NCBI RefSeq assembly: GCF_009914755.1
Contig: NC_060935.1
Length of the DNA stretch: 64,000 nucleotides
From: the human T2T-CHM13v2.0 reference genome, Homo sapiens
Strand: one strand, 5' to 3'
Under the pieces are notes generated by a model. It did not search any database. It worked only from the letters and a program-made list of their open reading frames with translations, and had not been told where the DNA came from. Position 1 is the first letter of the stretch, and the number at the start of each line of letters is the position of its first letter. This document shows positions 30,676 through 47,048 of this stretch, piece after piece. The position numbers and the translations under genes are program-made.

Positions 30676-30965
30676 TATTTTTTCGGAGACAGGGTCTTAC
30701 TCTGTCACCCAGGCTGGAGTGCAGTGGTGTGATCATAGCTTACTATAACCTCAAACTCCCAGGCTCAAGCTATCCTCCTGCCTCAGCCTCCTGAGTTGCT
30801 AGAACTACAGGCATGCTCCACCACACCTTGCTAATTTTTTTTTTTTTTTTTTTTTGAGACAGTTTTTCACTATGTTGTCCAGGCTGGTCTCAAACTTCTT
30901 GCCCCAAGTGATCCTCCTGCCTCCCAAAGGGCTGAGATTACAGGCATGAGCCACCACACATGACC
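30676..30965 (-). mobile_element. AluJ element
   Basis: gagacagggtcttactctgtcacccagg...gctcaagctatcctcc; TSD taagcagttctt. Confidence 0.95.
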
Positions 30966-32119
30966 CTAAGCAGTTCTTATTAATGCATTTCTGCATTTGT
31001 GAACATTTGTAAGGGTAAAACTGCATATAAAACAACAAAATCACCCATTCCGAATTTGATCTTTATTTTTCATTAATATTATTTGAAAAAGAAGAATTGT
31101 TGATTGTAGTTTGTACACTTAAGTTTGGTACGTTTGGTTTTAGATTCCAGTACTCTTAAACATGGAATGTATATTCACCCCTCACCCTGACAGGATAGTA
31201 AGGTTTCTGAGAGAAAGAGGAGTGGTATTTTTAAAACTTCTATGCTTATTAATGATGAATTTTATTTTTTGATTCTTCCTACATGTATTTCCAGGACAGA
31301 ATATATTATCTCTGCCCTGCTGGGCCCTTTGTTTTTGAAGTCAGAGTATTGGATGATTTTTATGGGTAGGACAGAGCAAACCAACACTTACTTCAAAATG
31401 CTGAATGTAGATTAAAAGATATTCATTTCCATTAGAAATAAAGCAAGATCGTATGCATATGTCCTACCAGTTAAAGGATTCTGTATCTTAAAGCCTCAAA
31501 AAAAAATCATAAATAATCATTTTGCTTTGTCCTTTGCCTTCCTTATTTTTCTTTTTGTTCAGTTTTCTCTCTCAGTGTGCCTTTGTGGGGTTCCAGAATT
31601 TAAATGACATTTTTGTTTATTTTGGATTATTTTTCAAATTATTTGCTTCAACTTAAAACCATTTTCACCTAAATTATTCATAACATGATTTTAATAAGTC
31701 ATTCTTGTCATATTTCATTTTTATAATTAAAATATTATAAATATTGAATTTCTTTTTTGGGAAAAAATGAGCTAGCTACTTAAACCAAATTCACAAAGTT
31801 CCAGAATTTGGCCTGCAAAAAAATCCAGGGATGTATAGCTGTAGCTTTTTTTTCTGTTATTAACAGTCTTTAGACAATGAAGAGAGATGCATGATTTGGC
31901 CGTTTCAGAAGAAATCTGAAAAGCACTTCTTGCCCAACACTAAATATAATGTGAAAATTTTATTAGGACAGTATAAGGAGAAATCCTTGAATTCACATAA
32001 AAGAATCGAATAAAGCAGTTCTATATGTGTTTACCAATCTAAAAAAATTTTTTTTATTTAGTAAACCACTTTCTTGTTTTCTTAACTCAGAAATAAATGT
32101 ATGTGTCTGGATTTGAAAA

Positions 32120-32418
32120 TTTTTTTTGTTTTTTTGTTTTGAGACAGTCTCACTCTGTTGCCCAGGCTGGAGTGCAGTGGTGTGATTGATCTTGGCTCAC
32201 TGCAACCTCCACCTCCTGGGTTCAAGTGATTCTCCTGCCTCAGCCTCCCAAGTAGCTGGGATTACAGGCACCCACCACCATGCCTAGCTAATTTTTGTAT
32301 TTTTAGTAGATACGGGGTTTCGCTATGTTGGCCAGGCTGGTCTAGAACTTCAGACCTCAGGCGTTCCGCCTGCCTCAGCCTGCCAATGTGCTGGGATCAC
32401 AGGCGTGAGCACCCGACC
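32120..32418 (-). mobile_element. AluS-type element
   Basis: Full antisense dimer. Confidence 0.95.
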
Positions 32419-32988
32419 TGAAATTGTTTTTAAGGAGAATTCATTTTTGGTAGGGAGAGCCATGTTTTCAATAAAGTTGTAGTAAAAGAGTAGCCAACTT
32501 GTGTCTTTTTTTTTTTTAATTATTAACCAAAGGTATTGATTATATGTAGTTTATAAGGGGAGAAAAGGGCCCATTGTAGTAGAGGGTTAAAATGAAGACA
32601 GTGATTTTTAGCTTTTGTGTACCATTTGCTATAATTACTTTCTGATAGAATTTGAATTTGTAATGTAATGGAGTTAATTTTAAAATATTTGAGAAATGGC
32701 TTTATATATATAATATCATATTAATTTTTTAGACACATAGGATTCTGTAATTGTTTCATCCTAACAGATTTTTAAAAGGAAGCATATAAAGTAAATGAAA
32801 CACACTCTTATTATATTCTTCTACTTGAGGTAGAAGAATTCTAAATTAAAACTTGGAAAAAAGAATTTTTATCCGTGCAAAAGATTTGAGGTATGTACTA
32901 TAGTTTTATAAATCAACAGAAAAAAATGGAAGGACACAGCCATGGCTGGGCAATTCACAAAAGGAAAAATAAAAATGGCAATAAATAA

Positions 32989-33547
32989 TGTGGCAGATTG
33001 TGTTTACCAAAGGTGGCCACAACTGTGTCTCCCGGTTTTACATATTCTTCTCTATTGTGACAATGTCACTCTGTCATCAGAAGGTGGAGTCTTTTCACTT
33101 CCTTGAATCTGAGTGGATCCTTCGACTGTTTTGACCAAGACTATGTGGTAGAAGCGAAGTTCCAGTTCCAGGTATTGCTCTTATTTCACCTGACAAGTTT
33201 GGTTTCCTGCCTTTTGGAAGCTGACCACTATGTTAGAAATGTAATCACCCTGAAATCACTATGTCGTGAGAAACCCAAAGGCAAGTGAAGAAGCCCTGGA
33301 GGATGCGACATCAAGTGTAGAGGCAAAAGAGCACCAAGGAAGAGGCCAAAGAACACTAAGTGAAGAAGCCATTTTGAAAATGGATCCTCCAGCCCCAGCT
33401 GCCCTAGTTGTTACGTAAATCAGATAAATTGCCCAGTGGTACCCTTCCCAATTTCTGCCCCATAAAATCATGAGCCAAATAAAATGGTTTGTTTTAAGCT
33501 TCTAAGGTTGTGGGTGGTTTGTTTTGCCATGACAGATAACAGGAACA
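32989..33547 (+). mobile_element. MaLR solo LTR (MLT1 family)
   Basis: Starts tgtggcagattg; ends aataaaatggtttgttttaagc...ggtggtttgtt...agataacaggaaca. Confidence 0.8.
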
Positions 33548-33549
33548 AA

Positions 33550-34140
33550 TACTGGGGGAAAATTTTTGTTTGATAATGGGTACAATTTGCTTGTCTAAAT
33601 CTGATAAGGAACTAGTATCTACAATAAGTAAGGAGTTTTGTTTGTTTTTCAAATGAAAACAAAACAAAACAAACACAAGAGCCCTAATAGAAAAATGCCA
33701 AGATTATGAACAGGTGTTATTTCAAAGAGGAAATACAATAGGCTAACAACATGAAAAGGTACGCTCAAACTCAGTAATTAGAGGAATTAAGATTAGAGCA
33801 ACAATAAAGTATCTCTTTATCCCCAGTAGACTAAGAAAAATGAGAAAGATGGATGATGCCAAGTATTGGTGGGGATGGGGGTTAGGAACCCTCATACACT
33901 GCTGGTGAGAATATAGAGTGGTGGAGCCGTTCTGGAGAGCAGCCTGGCCGAATTTAATTAAATGAATATAGATCTTAAATTGTTCCTGGGTATATGGCCT
34001 CAAGTCTTACATAGGTCTCTAAAGGAGGAAATGTGAGGATGTTCATCACATTGTTTTTCATGGCAGAGTCTCAGATCCAACCTGAGGTTCTTCATCACTG
34101 GAGGAATACATAGGTAAAATATGGTGGATGCACACATGTA
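33550..34140 (+). mobile_element. Ancient L1M ORF2 3'-region fragment
   Basis: ggaaccctcatacactgctggtgagaatatagagtggt...; decayed L1 ORF2 C-terminal sequence. Confidence 0.75.
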
Positions 34141-34143
34141 GTA

Positions 34144-34426
34144 CAGTAGTCCCCACTTATTCACAGTCTCGATTTTTGCTGTTTCAGTTACCTGTGGCCA
34201 ACTGCAGTTTGAAAATATTAAATGGAAAATTCTGGAAATAAACATTTCAAAAGCTTTATATTTTGCAGCATTCTGAGTCGTGTGATGAAATCTTACACTT
34301 GTCCATTAGTTACTTAGTAGCTATCTCAGTTGGATTGAAAAAACAGGATCTATAGGGTTCAGTACTATCCTTGTTTCAGACACGCACTGAGGGTCTTGGA
34401 ATGTATCCCATAAGGGGAGAGTAATG
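34144..34426. mobile_element. MER44A-like (Tigger7-derived) DNA transposon MITE
   Basis: ta|cagtagtccccactta...aaaatattaaatggaaaattc...ggggagagtaatg; degenerate TIRs. Confidence 0.8.
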
Positions 34427-34973
34427 TGCTATGCATCAGATAGAAGCAAAAGACTACATATATCTACCATGCATAATGTTTGAGAAGTACAGTGTTCCAT
34501 GAAAATAAAAAGTGGAATCTAGAAATGTTCAAAAAGGTATGTAAAACACGTTGGAATGAATACCTAAAGGGCAAGGTAAATGTTGCCCATGAAAGAAGAA
34601 AGGGAGAGGATAATGGAGAATGAGTTAAAATAAACTGAATAAAATGAGAAGCCAATGATGATAACGTGCTGTGAACCAAGACATATTCATCATACTTTCT
34701 GTGCTGGAGGTCAAACAATACTCCCTCACTCCAAGAAGAGAAGATTATAATTCTCAAAGTAAACTGAAAGAACCATTTTTTCAGTCTGCCTCACTTGGAA
34801 CAAATTTTTAAATGAGATCAGTTACAGAAGTATGGTCAAACAGGCAATCTCATATTTTGTTGGATATGTAAATTGGTATGGCCATTATAAAGTACAGTTA
34901 TTCATCAAGATCCTTAAAAATGCTTATATCCTAGCAATAAACATTTGTAAATTGAAGTTAAAAAAATCCATTG

Positions 34974-35270
34974 GTTGATTGATTGATTGATTGAGACAGT
35001 CTCGCTCTGTCGCCCCAGGCTGCAGTGCGGTGGTGCAATCTCGGCTCCCTGCAACCTCTGCCTCCTAGGTTCAAGTGATTCCTGTGCTTCGGCCTCCCCA
35101 GTAGCTGGGATTACAGGTGCACACCACCACACCCAGTTATTTTTTACTTTTAGTAGAGACAGGGTTTCACCACGTTGGCCAGGCTGGTCTTGAACTCCTG
35201 ACCTCAAGTGACCTGCCTGGTTAGCCTCCCGAAGTGCTGGGATTACAGGCATGAGCTACTGTGCTCAGCC
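34974..35270 (-). mobile_element. Alu with (TGAT)n-converted tail
   Basis: ttgattgattgattgattgagacagtctcgctctgtcgcc... Confidence 0.95.
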
Positions 35271-35698
35271 ACAAAACCATTTAAATAGCACCAGAAAACA
35301 TGAAATACCTAGGGATACATATAACAAATATGTGTAAGACCTGTACACTGAAACTACAAAACATTGCTGAGAAATTTAAAGAATACATAAGTTGTGAGAA
35401 AGATACCATGTTCGTGGATTGGAAGACTCAATGTTGTTAAAATTTCAACTCTTCAAATGGATCTATAGACTCAAAGCAATCCCAATCAAAATACCAGGTA
35501 GCTTTTTTAAAAAATAAAAAACCCAAAGTGGCTGATCCTAAAATATATATGGAAATGCAAGGGCTCTAGGGTAGTCAAGACAAGAAAGTTGGAGGACTTA
35601 CATTTCCTGGTTTTAACAATTTAAAACCACAGTAATCAAGACAGTGGAATTTGGTTAAAATAATCAAATTTATAAATTTATGCTATGTAAAACAATAG

Positions 35699-36612
35699 GT
35701 GTGGAAAAAGGAACTTTTTCCTCTGGTCTCACACCACACAATCATCAACACAGAGAAGATGTCTGTTACCAAATGTGTGGAGATTTTTCCCCTACACACC
35801 AGACAAGCAAGCAGTTCTGCAGCAGGCACCAGCTGGGTGTCTTCCAATTCAATTCCGACACTATCTACCTGGAGATAGCCTCAGATTGAGGGCTCAGTCC
35901 CACAAGACTGCCACCACCCTTCAGATGCCAGTTGCAAGTCTGGGCCTCCAGAACATCTGACCAACCATGTTCAAGATAGGGTTCCCATGACCCCCTGTTT
36001 GGGTTCAATTAATTTGCTAGCGTGGCTCACAGAACATGTATGCTGGTTTAAAGGATATTACAAAAAAAAAATACACATGAAGAGATACATGGGGCGAGGT
36101 ATGGAGGAAGGGGTGAAGAGCTTCTATGCCCTCCCCAGGCACACACCCTCCAGGAAACTTCACATGTTCAGATATCTGGAAGCTCCCCACACTCTGTCCT
36201 CTTGGGTCTTCTATGGAGACTTCGTTGGTTAGGCATGATGAGGACTGTGTGGAAATATGAATGGATAAAAAGAGTATGATCTAATACTAATAAGATCATA
36301 CTATTCATTACTATTACTGAATGAGGAAACCCAGTAAGGCTGGACAGTTCAGATTCTTGGGCTCTCTGGCAGCATTTTTTTTTCTTCCAGGGTATGGGGC
36401 AGTACCCTTCTGAAATGAGGGTCTTATGACCTACAATCAGAAAAGTAGGGGGAGATTAGAGTCCTGCCTTGGGCTGGTGGAAGGAGGGCAGGGGAAGGAA
36501 GGTCAGAGAGAGATTCTGTTTCCTGAAGAATCTGTTTTCTTCTGAGGTCTAAAGCATCCCAACATTATAACAAAAGACTATAACAAGGGATATGGGAGTT
36601 ATGAGCCAGGAA
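35699..36612. mobile_element. MER21-like LTR
   Basis: caattccgacactatctacctggagatagc...gggctcagtcccacaagactgcc...ttaatttgctagcgtggctcacagaac...gggagttatgagccaggaa. Confidence 0.75.
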
Positions 36613-37010
36613 TGGTGCTGGAACAGTTGGATATCCATATGCAAAAAGATGAGTCTTGTTCCATGCCTCATACTGTATTCAAAGATGGAGTTGAAATTAC
36701 TCATAAACCTAAACATAAGAACTAAAACCATAAAACTTTAGAAGAAAATAGGAGAAAAATCTTTGAGGTCTTAGTTGACGCAAAAATTTCTTTTTTTCTT
36801 ATTATTATTATACTTTAAGTTTTAGGGTACATGTGCACAACTTGCAGCTTTGTTACATATGTATACCTGTGCCATGTTGGTGTGCTGCACCCATTAACTT
36901 GTCATTTAGCATTAGGTATATCTCCTAATGCTATCCCTTCCCCCTCCCCCACCTCACAACAGTCCCCGGTGTGTGATGTTCCTCTTCCTGTGTCCATGTG
37001 TTCTTATTGT

Positions 37011-40835
<3,825 letters not shown>

Positions 40836-40898
40836 TATGATGTTAGCTGGTTATTTTGCTGATTAGTTGATGCAGTTTCTTCCTAGCCTTGATGGTCT

Positions 40899-41906
40899 TT
40901 ACAATTTGGCATGTTTTTGCAGTGGCTGGTACCAGTTGTTCCTTTCCATGTTTAGTGCTTCCTTCAGGAGCTCTTTTAGGGCAGGCCTGGTGGTGACAAA
41001 ATCTCTCAGCATTTGCTTGTCTGTAAAGTATTTTATTTCTCCTTCACTTATGAAGCTTAGTTTGGCTGGATATGAAATTCTGGGTTGAAAATTCTTTCCT
41101 TTAAGAATGTTGAATATTGACCCCCAGTCTCTTCTGGCTTATAGAGTTTCTGCCGAGAGATCAGCTGTTAGTCTGATGTGCTTCCCTTTGTGGGTAACCC
41201 GACCTTTCTCTCTGGCTACCCTTAACATTTTTTCCTTCATTTCAACTTCAGTGAATCTGACAATTATGTGTCTTGGAGTTGCTCTTCTTGAGGAGTATCT
41301 TTGTGGTGTTCTCTGTATTTCCTGAATGTTGGCCTGCCTTGCCAGATTGGGGAAGTTCTCCTGGATAATATCCTGCAGAGTGTTTTCCAACTTGGCTCCA
41401 TTCTCCCCGTCACTTTCAGGTACACCAATTAGACGTAGATTTGGTCTTTTCACATAGTCCCATATTTCTTGGAGGCTTTGTTCGTTTCTTTTTATTCTTT
41501 TTTCTCTAAACTTCTCTTCACGCTTCATTTCATTCATTTCATCTTCCACCGCTGATACCCTTTCTTCCAGTTGATCACATCAGTTACTGAGGCTTGTGCG
41601 TTCGTCATGTAGTTCTCGTGACATGGTTTTCAGCTCAGGTCCTTTTAGGACTTCTCTGCATTGGTTATTCTAGTTATGCATTCGTCTAGTTTTTTTTCAA
41701 AGTTTTTAACTTCTTTGCCATTGGTTCGAACTTCCTCCTTTAGGTCGGAGTAGTTCGATCTTCTCAAGCCTTCTTCCCTCAACTTGTGAAAGTCATTCTC
41801 CATCCATCTTTGTTCCGTTTGCTGGTGAGGAGCTGCGTTTCTTTGGAGGAGGAGAGGCACTCTGATTTTTAGAGTTTCCAGTTTTTCTGCTCTGTTTTTT
41901 CCCCAT
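40899..41906 (-). pseudogene. Disrupted L1 ORF1 (RNA-binding protein)
   Basis: Pieces EEVRTNGKEVKNFEKKLDE and QEIWDYVKRPNLRLIGVPE...RATPRHIIVRF lie in separate, interrupted ORFs. Confidence 0.93.
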
Positions 41907-42481
41907 CTTTGTGGTTTTATCTACCTGTGGTCTTTGATGATGGTGACATACAGATGGGTTTTTGGTGTGGATGTCCTTTCTGTTTGTTAGTTTTCCTTCT
42001 AACAGTCAGGACCCTCAGCTGCAGGTCTGTTGGAGTTTACTGGAGGTCCACCCCAGACCCTGTTTTCCTGGGTGTCAGCAGCGGTGGCTGCAGAACAGCG
42101 GATATGGGTGAACCACAAATGCTGCTGCCTGATCGTTCCTCTGGAAGTTTTGTCTCAGACGAGTACCCGGCCGTGTGAGGTGTCAGTCCGCCCCTACTGG
42201 GGGGTGCCTCCCAGTTAGGCTACTCAGTGGTTAGGGACCCACTTGAGGAGGCAGTCTGCCCGTTCTTAGATCTCAAGCTGCGTGCTGGGAGAACCACTAC
42301 TCTCTTCAAAGCTGTCAGACAGGGACATTTAAGTCTGCAGAGGTTATTGCTGTCTTTTGTTTGTCTGTGCCCTGCCCCTAGAGGTGGAGCCTAAAGAGTC
42401 AGGCAGGCCTCCTTGAGCTGTGGTGGGCTCCACCCAGTTCGAGCTTCCCAGCTGCTTTGTTTACCTGCTCAAGCCTGGGCA

Positions 42482-42961
42482 ATGGTGGGCGCCCCTTCCC
42501 CAGCCTCGCTGCTGCCTTGCAGTTTGATCTCAGACTGCTGTGCTAGCAATGAGCAAGGCTCCATGGGCGTAGGACCCTCTGAGCCATGTGCGGGATATAA
42601 TCTCCTGGTGTGCCGTTTGTTAAGCCCATCGGAAGAGCGCAGTATTAGGGTGGGAGTGACCCGATTTTCCAGTTGCCATCTGTCACCCCTTTCTTTGACT
42701 AGGAAAGGGAATTCCCTGACCCCTTGTGCTTCCCAGGTGAGGCGATGCCTTGCCCTGCTTCAGCTCACGCACAGTGCGTTGCACCTACTGTCCTGCACCC
42801 ACTGTCTGGCACTCCCCAGTGAGATGAAACCGGTACCTCAGTTGGAAATGCAGAAATCACCCATCTTCTGCATCGCTCACGCTGGGAGCTGTAGACTGGA
42901 GCTGATCCTATTCGGCCATCTTGGCTCCACCCCCCAGTTGATGCAAAAATTTCTTAGATAA
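42482..42961 (+). CDS. L1 antisense ORF0-like ORF, extended to 159 aa (translation unproven)
   Basis: gcaATGG start; MVGAPSPASLLPCSLISDCCASN...IRVGVTRFS resembles primate ORF0; the frame stays open through the TSD. Confidence 0.45.
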   Translation: MVGAPSPASLLPCSLISDCCASNEQGSMGVGPSEPCAGYNLLVCRLLSPSEERSIRVGVTRFSSCHLSPLSLTRKGNSLTPCASQVRRCLALLQLTHSALHLLSCTHCLALPSEMKPVPQLEMQKSPIFCIAHAGSCRLELILFGHLGSTPQLMQKFLR

Positions 42962-43199
42962 TACATAAAAAGTAGGAAGCATAAAAGAAAAAAATTGATA
43001 AATTAGACTTCATCAAAATTAAAAACTTTTCCTTATCAAAATACAGTTAAGAAAATGAAAAGCAAGCTACACAAAAGGAAGAAAATATTTGTAAGACATC
43101 TGATGAAGGATTCATCTCCAGGATATATAAAGAACTCTTACAACTCAGTAATAAAACAGACAAACTAATTAAAAATATGAGCAAAACCTTTCTTATATA

Positions 43200-43738
43200 A
43201 GTGAGCCAAAGATGACCTGGATGTTTTGGCTTCTAGGTTGTTTATTTCAGCACTGCAGGCTGAGACTTATTAGTTCGAAAGTCTACCAGTGCCAAAGTCA
43301 ATTTTTTTACAAATCTAATTTTTTTTTAAGCCCAAACTAGATTTTCAGCACTTTAGAACCTGCCTGCTTGGTATAACCCATGAAATCACTCCACGCCTGC
43401 TAGCCAAATGTAGGATAAGCTCCAGGACCCAAATCACTGCTGCTTCTGTCCTTCAATGTTCTCTGATCCAGAGACTCCCTTGCCGTGCTAGTGGAGTGTT
43501 ATCACCTGGGCATGTAAACTCCCTCTCTGATTTTCCTCTTCTCCCAAGGAGTTCCCATACCCTCCCTCTCCTGCTGGAGGGTAGGCCCCTCATTGTTAGC
43601 ATCCAGAAAGTCTCATGCTGTGAAGGACTTCCTCTCTCATGCATGGTTGTCCAAGAACCATTCAATAAAGCTTGCCGTGTGTTATTACTGCTTCATATCT
43701 TTTTCTTTGATCAGCCCCCAAGTCCCTCAGACCCTCCA
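43200..43738 (+). mobile_element. Solo LTR (ERVL-like, family uncertain)
   Basis: tg...ca ends, caataaagcttg poly(A) signal near the 3' end, interrupts the L1M. Confidence 0.65.
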
Positions 43739-44192
43739 CTTGATTTGAACAGTTACTTCACAAACTAAGATAAACAAATGTCCAATAAGACATTGAAATG
43801 TTTAAACATGAAAAGATGCTCATTATCTTTACAGCAAAGATCATGCTGTAAGTTAATTGAAGATTAATATGATTGAATTAACTAACACTAATTAAAGTCA
43901 CATTGAGACACCACTACATATCAATGAGATTAAAAAGACAATACTAAGTGGTGTTGAAGATGCACAGCAACTAGAGCAAACTGGTACAGCCACTTTGGAA
44001 AACAGTTTGGCAGTTTCTTCTAGAATTAAATATTTACCATATAACCTATTAGTTTGCTCCTCACTATTGTTTACCCAAAGGAAATTAAGCTCATGTTCTA
44101 CACAGACTTGTATATGAATGTTCATAGCTGCTTTATCTATAACAGGCAAAAATTGGGAACAACTTAAACATTCATCAGCTGAAGAGTGGCTA

Positions 44193-44579
<387 letters not shown>

Positions 44580-44919
44580 CTAAGTGAGAGAAGCCAGACA
44601 CAAAAAACCACATGCTGCATGATTCCACTTATATGCATTTCTAGAAAGGCAACACTAGAATGACAGCAGAATCAGTGGTTATGATGGGTTGGGGGTCAAA
44701 AAGGGCATTGGCCATAAGGAGGCATGAAGAAACTCTTGGAGATTATGGAAATGTTGTATATCTTGATTGTGGTGACTACACATAAAATTTGTAGATTGTT
44801 TGTAAATACAATAAAGTGGACTAAGAAAGTCCTTGATAAGTGGACTAAGAAAAAAGTGTTCGTGCAATTTAACCCAGTAAGTGCATGTCTAATAACTTAA
44901 TAAAAAGAATTAGAGATGT

Positions 44920-45050
44920 GAGCCGGGCATAGTGGTTCACTCCTGTAATCCCAACACTTAGGGAGGCAGAGGTGGGAGGATAGCTTGAGGTCAGGAGTTC
45001 AAGATCTGCCTAGACAACATAGTGAGACCCCATTCTCCACAAAAAAGGAG
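44920..45050 (+). mobile_element. FLAM monomer
   Basis: Single left-type monomer; TSD-like gaat(t/c)agagatgtg. Confidence 0.85.
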
Positions 45051-45442
45051 GAAAAAGGAATCAGAGATGTGTATAAAACTTACATACAAGGATGTTCATT
45101 TCAGCATTATTTATAATAGCTAAATACTTAACCCAAGTGCCCAGAAAAAGGACATTATTTAAATCTATGATATATTCATGCACAAAGTATATCAAGCCAT
45201 TAAAAGTTATATTGAAATTATGATATGGAAAAATGTTTACTACTTTAAATAGAAAGGTAGAATATAATATACACTCTAGATTTTGTTTTTAAACTGGCAG
45301 TTGAAAGAACAAAAATAATTCACTATCTTATTGATAAATGAGGGTTAAGTGGGATTTTTGTGACATATAAATAAGATCTGAATATCCGGTACCTCCATTT
45401 ATACTTTCCTTCTTGTGGGAAATGGATGAAATTAAAATTTTA

Positions 45443-45589
45443 GGCTCGGCATGGTGGTGCACGCCTGTAATCTTAGCAGTTTGGGAGGCCAAGGTGGAAG
45501 GATCACCTGAGACCAGGAGTTCCAGACTGCAGTGTGCTGTGATCGCACCACTGCACCCTAGCCTGAGTGACAGAGTGAGCCCACGTCTC
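45443..45589 (+). mobile_element. FRAM/FAM-like Alu monomer (its A-tail displaced to 45917-45941)
   Basis: ggctcggcatggtggtgcacgcctgtaatc...gactgcagtgtgctgtgatcgcaccactgcac...ccacgtctc. Confidence 0.8.
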
Positions 45590-45764
45590 TTTTTTTTTTT
45601 TTTTTGAGACGGAGTTTCAATCTGTCACCTAGGCTGGAGTGCAGTGGTGCAATCTTAGCTCACTGCAACCTCCGCTTCCTGGGTTCAGACAGTTCTCCTG
45701 TCTTACCCTCCCCAGTAACTGGGACTACAGGCATCTGCCACAACTCCCTGCTAATTTTATTTTA

Positions 45765-45815
<51 letters not shown>

Positions 45816-45907
45816 TTTTAGTAGAGGCAGGGTTTCACCATGTTGGCCAGGCTGGTCTCGAACTCCTGACCTCAAGTGATCCACCCACCTTAGCCCCCCA
45901 AAGTTGG
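45590..45907 (-). mobile_element. Slightly 5'-truncated Alu with (TG)n in the linker
   Basis: Antisense dimer; (tg)~23 at about 45767-45813. Confidence 0.93.
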
Positions 45908-46465
45908 CCACATCTCAAAAAAAAAAAAAGAAAAAGAAAAATCTTCCTCATTAGATTAAGAGGACACCTGTTATATCTCAAATCAGAGCAAAGCTGAAAT
46001 GAGACTTAAAACAAGGGCAAAGTTGTAATTGTAACATGGATTTAAATTTAAGCATGGATTCACAATACATTCCCAGAGGAATATCATGGAAAGGGTCAGA
46101 ATATGTCATTCCATCTATAGCCTGCAGGTAGAATTTCCAATCTACTGGTTGGACAGCTTCAGAGCAGGACCACTTAGACTATTGACTATTCCTACCTTGG
46201 GGGTAGGGAAAGCAAAGAAGTTTATCTAAATAGGGTTTGAACATACATTCAATATGTAGTAAAGGTCCTGTGAAATTATTTGACTAGTCTTCACCAGAGT
46301 GTCCTGAAATTTTCATCTCATGATTAAACAGAAAGAATAGATTAATTCAGAGATAGGATTCATCTTAACTTTAACAGATACTAGAACAGCAAGGAAGTAT
46401 CTAAACAGGACAAAGGACTATTAAAGTAATTAGATTTAAAAAAAATTTTTTTGCCTTGTTGTTTA

Positions 46466-46910
<445 letters not shown>

Positions 46911-47048
46911 CAATTGGATATATTTTTGAATATCATCAATTTTTTGAAAGTAAGGCAGACAAATTTTGTTAGTGGTAGCCTTCAAACATTTTAAACCATG
47001 TTTTCTGTATACTTGGAAACCTGTAGTCAAAAATTATAATCTTGTCCA

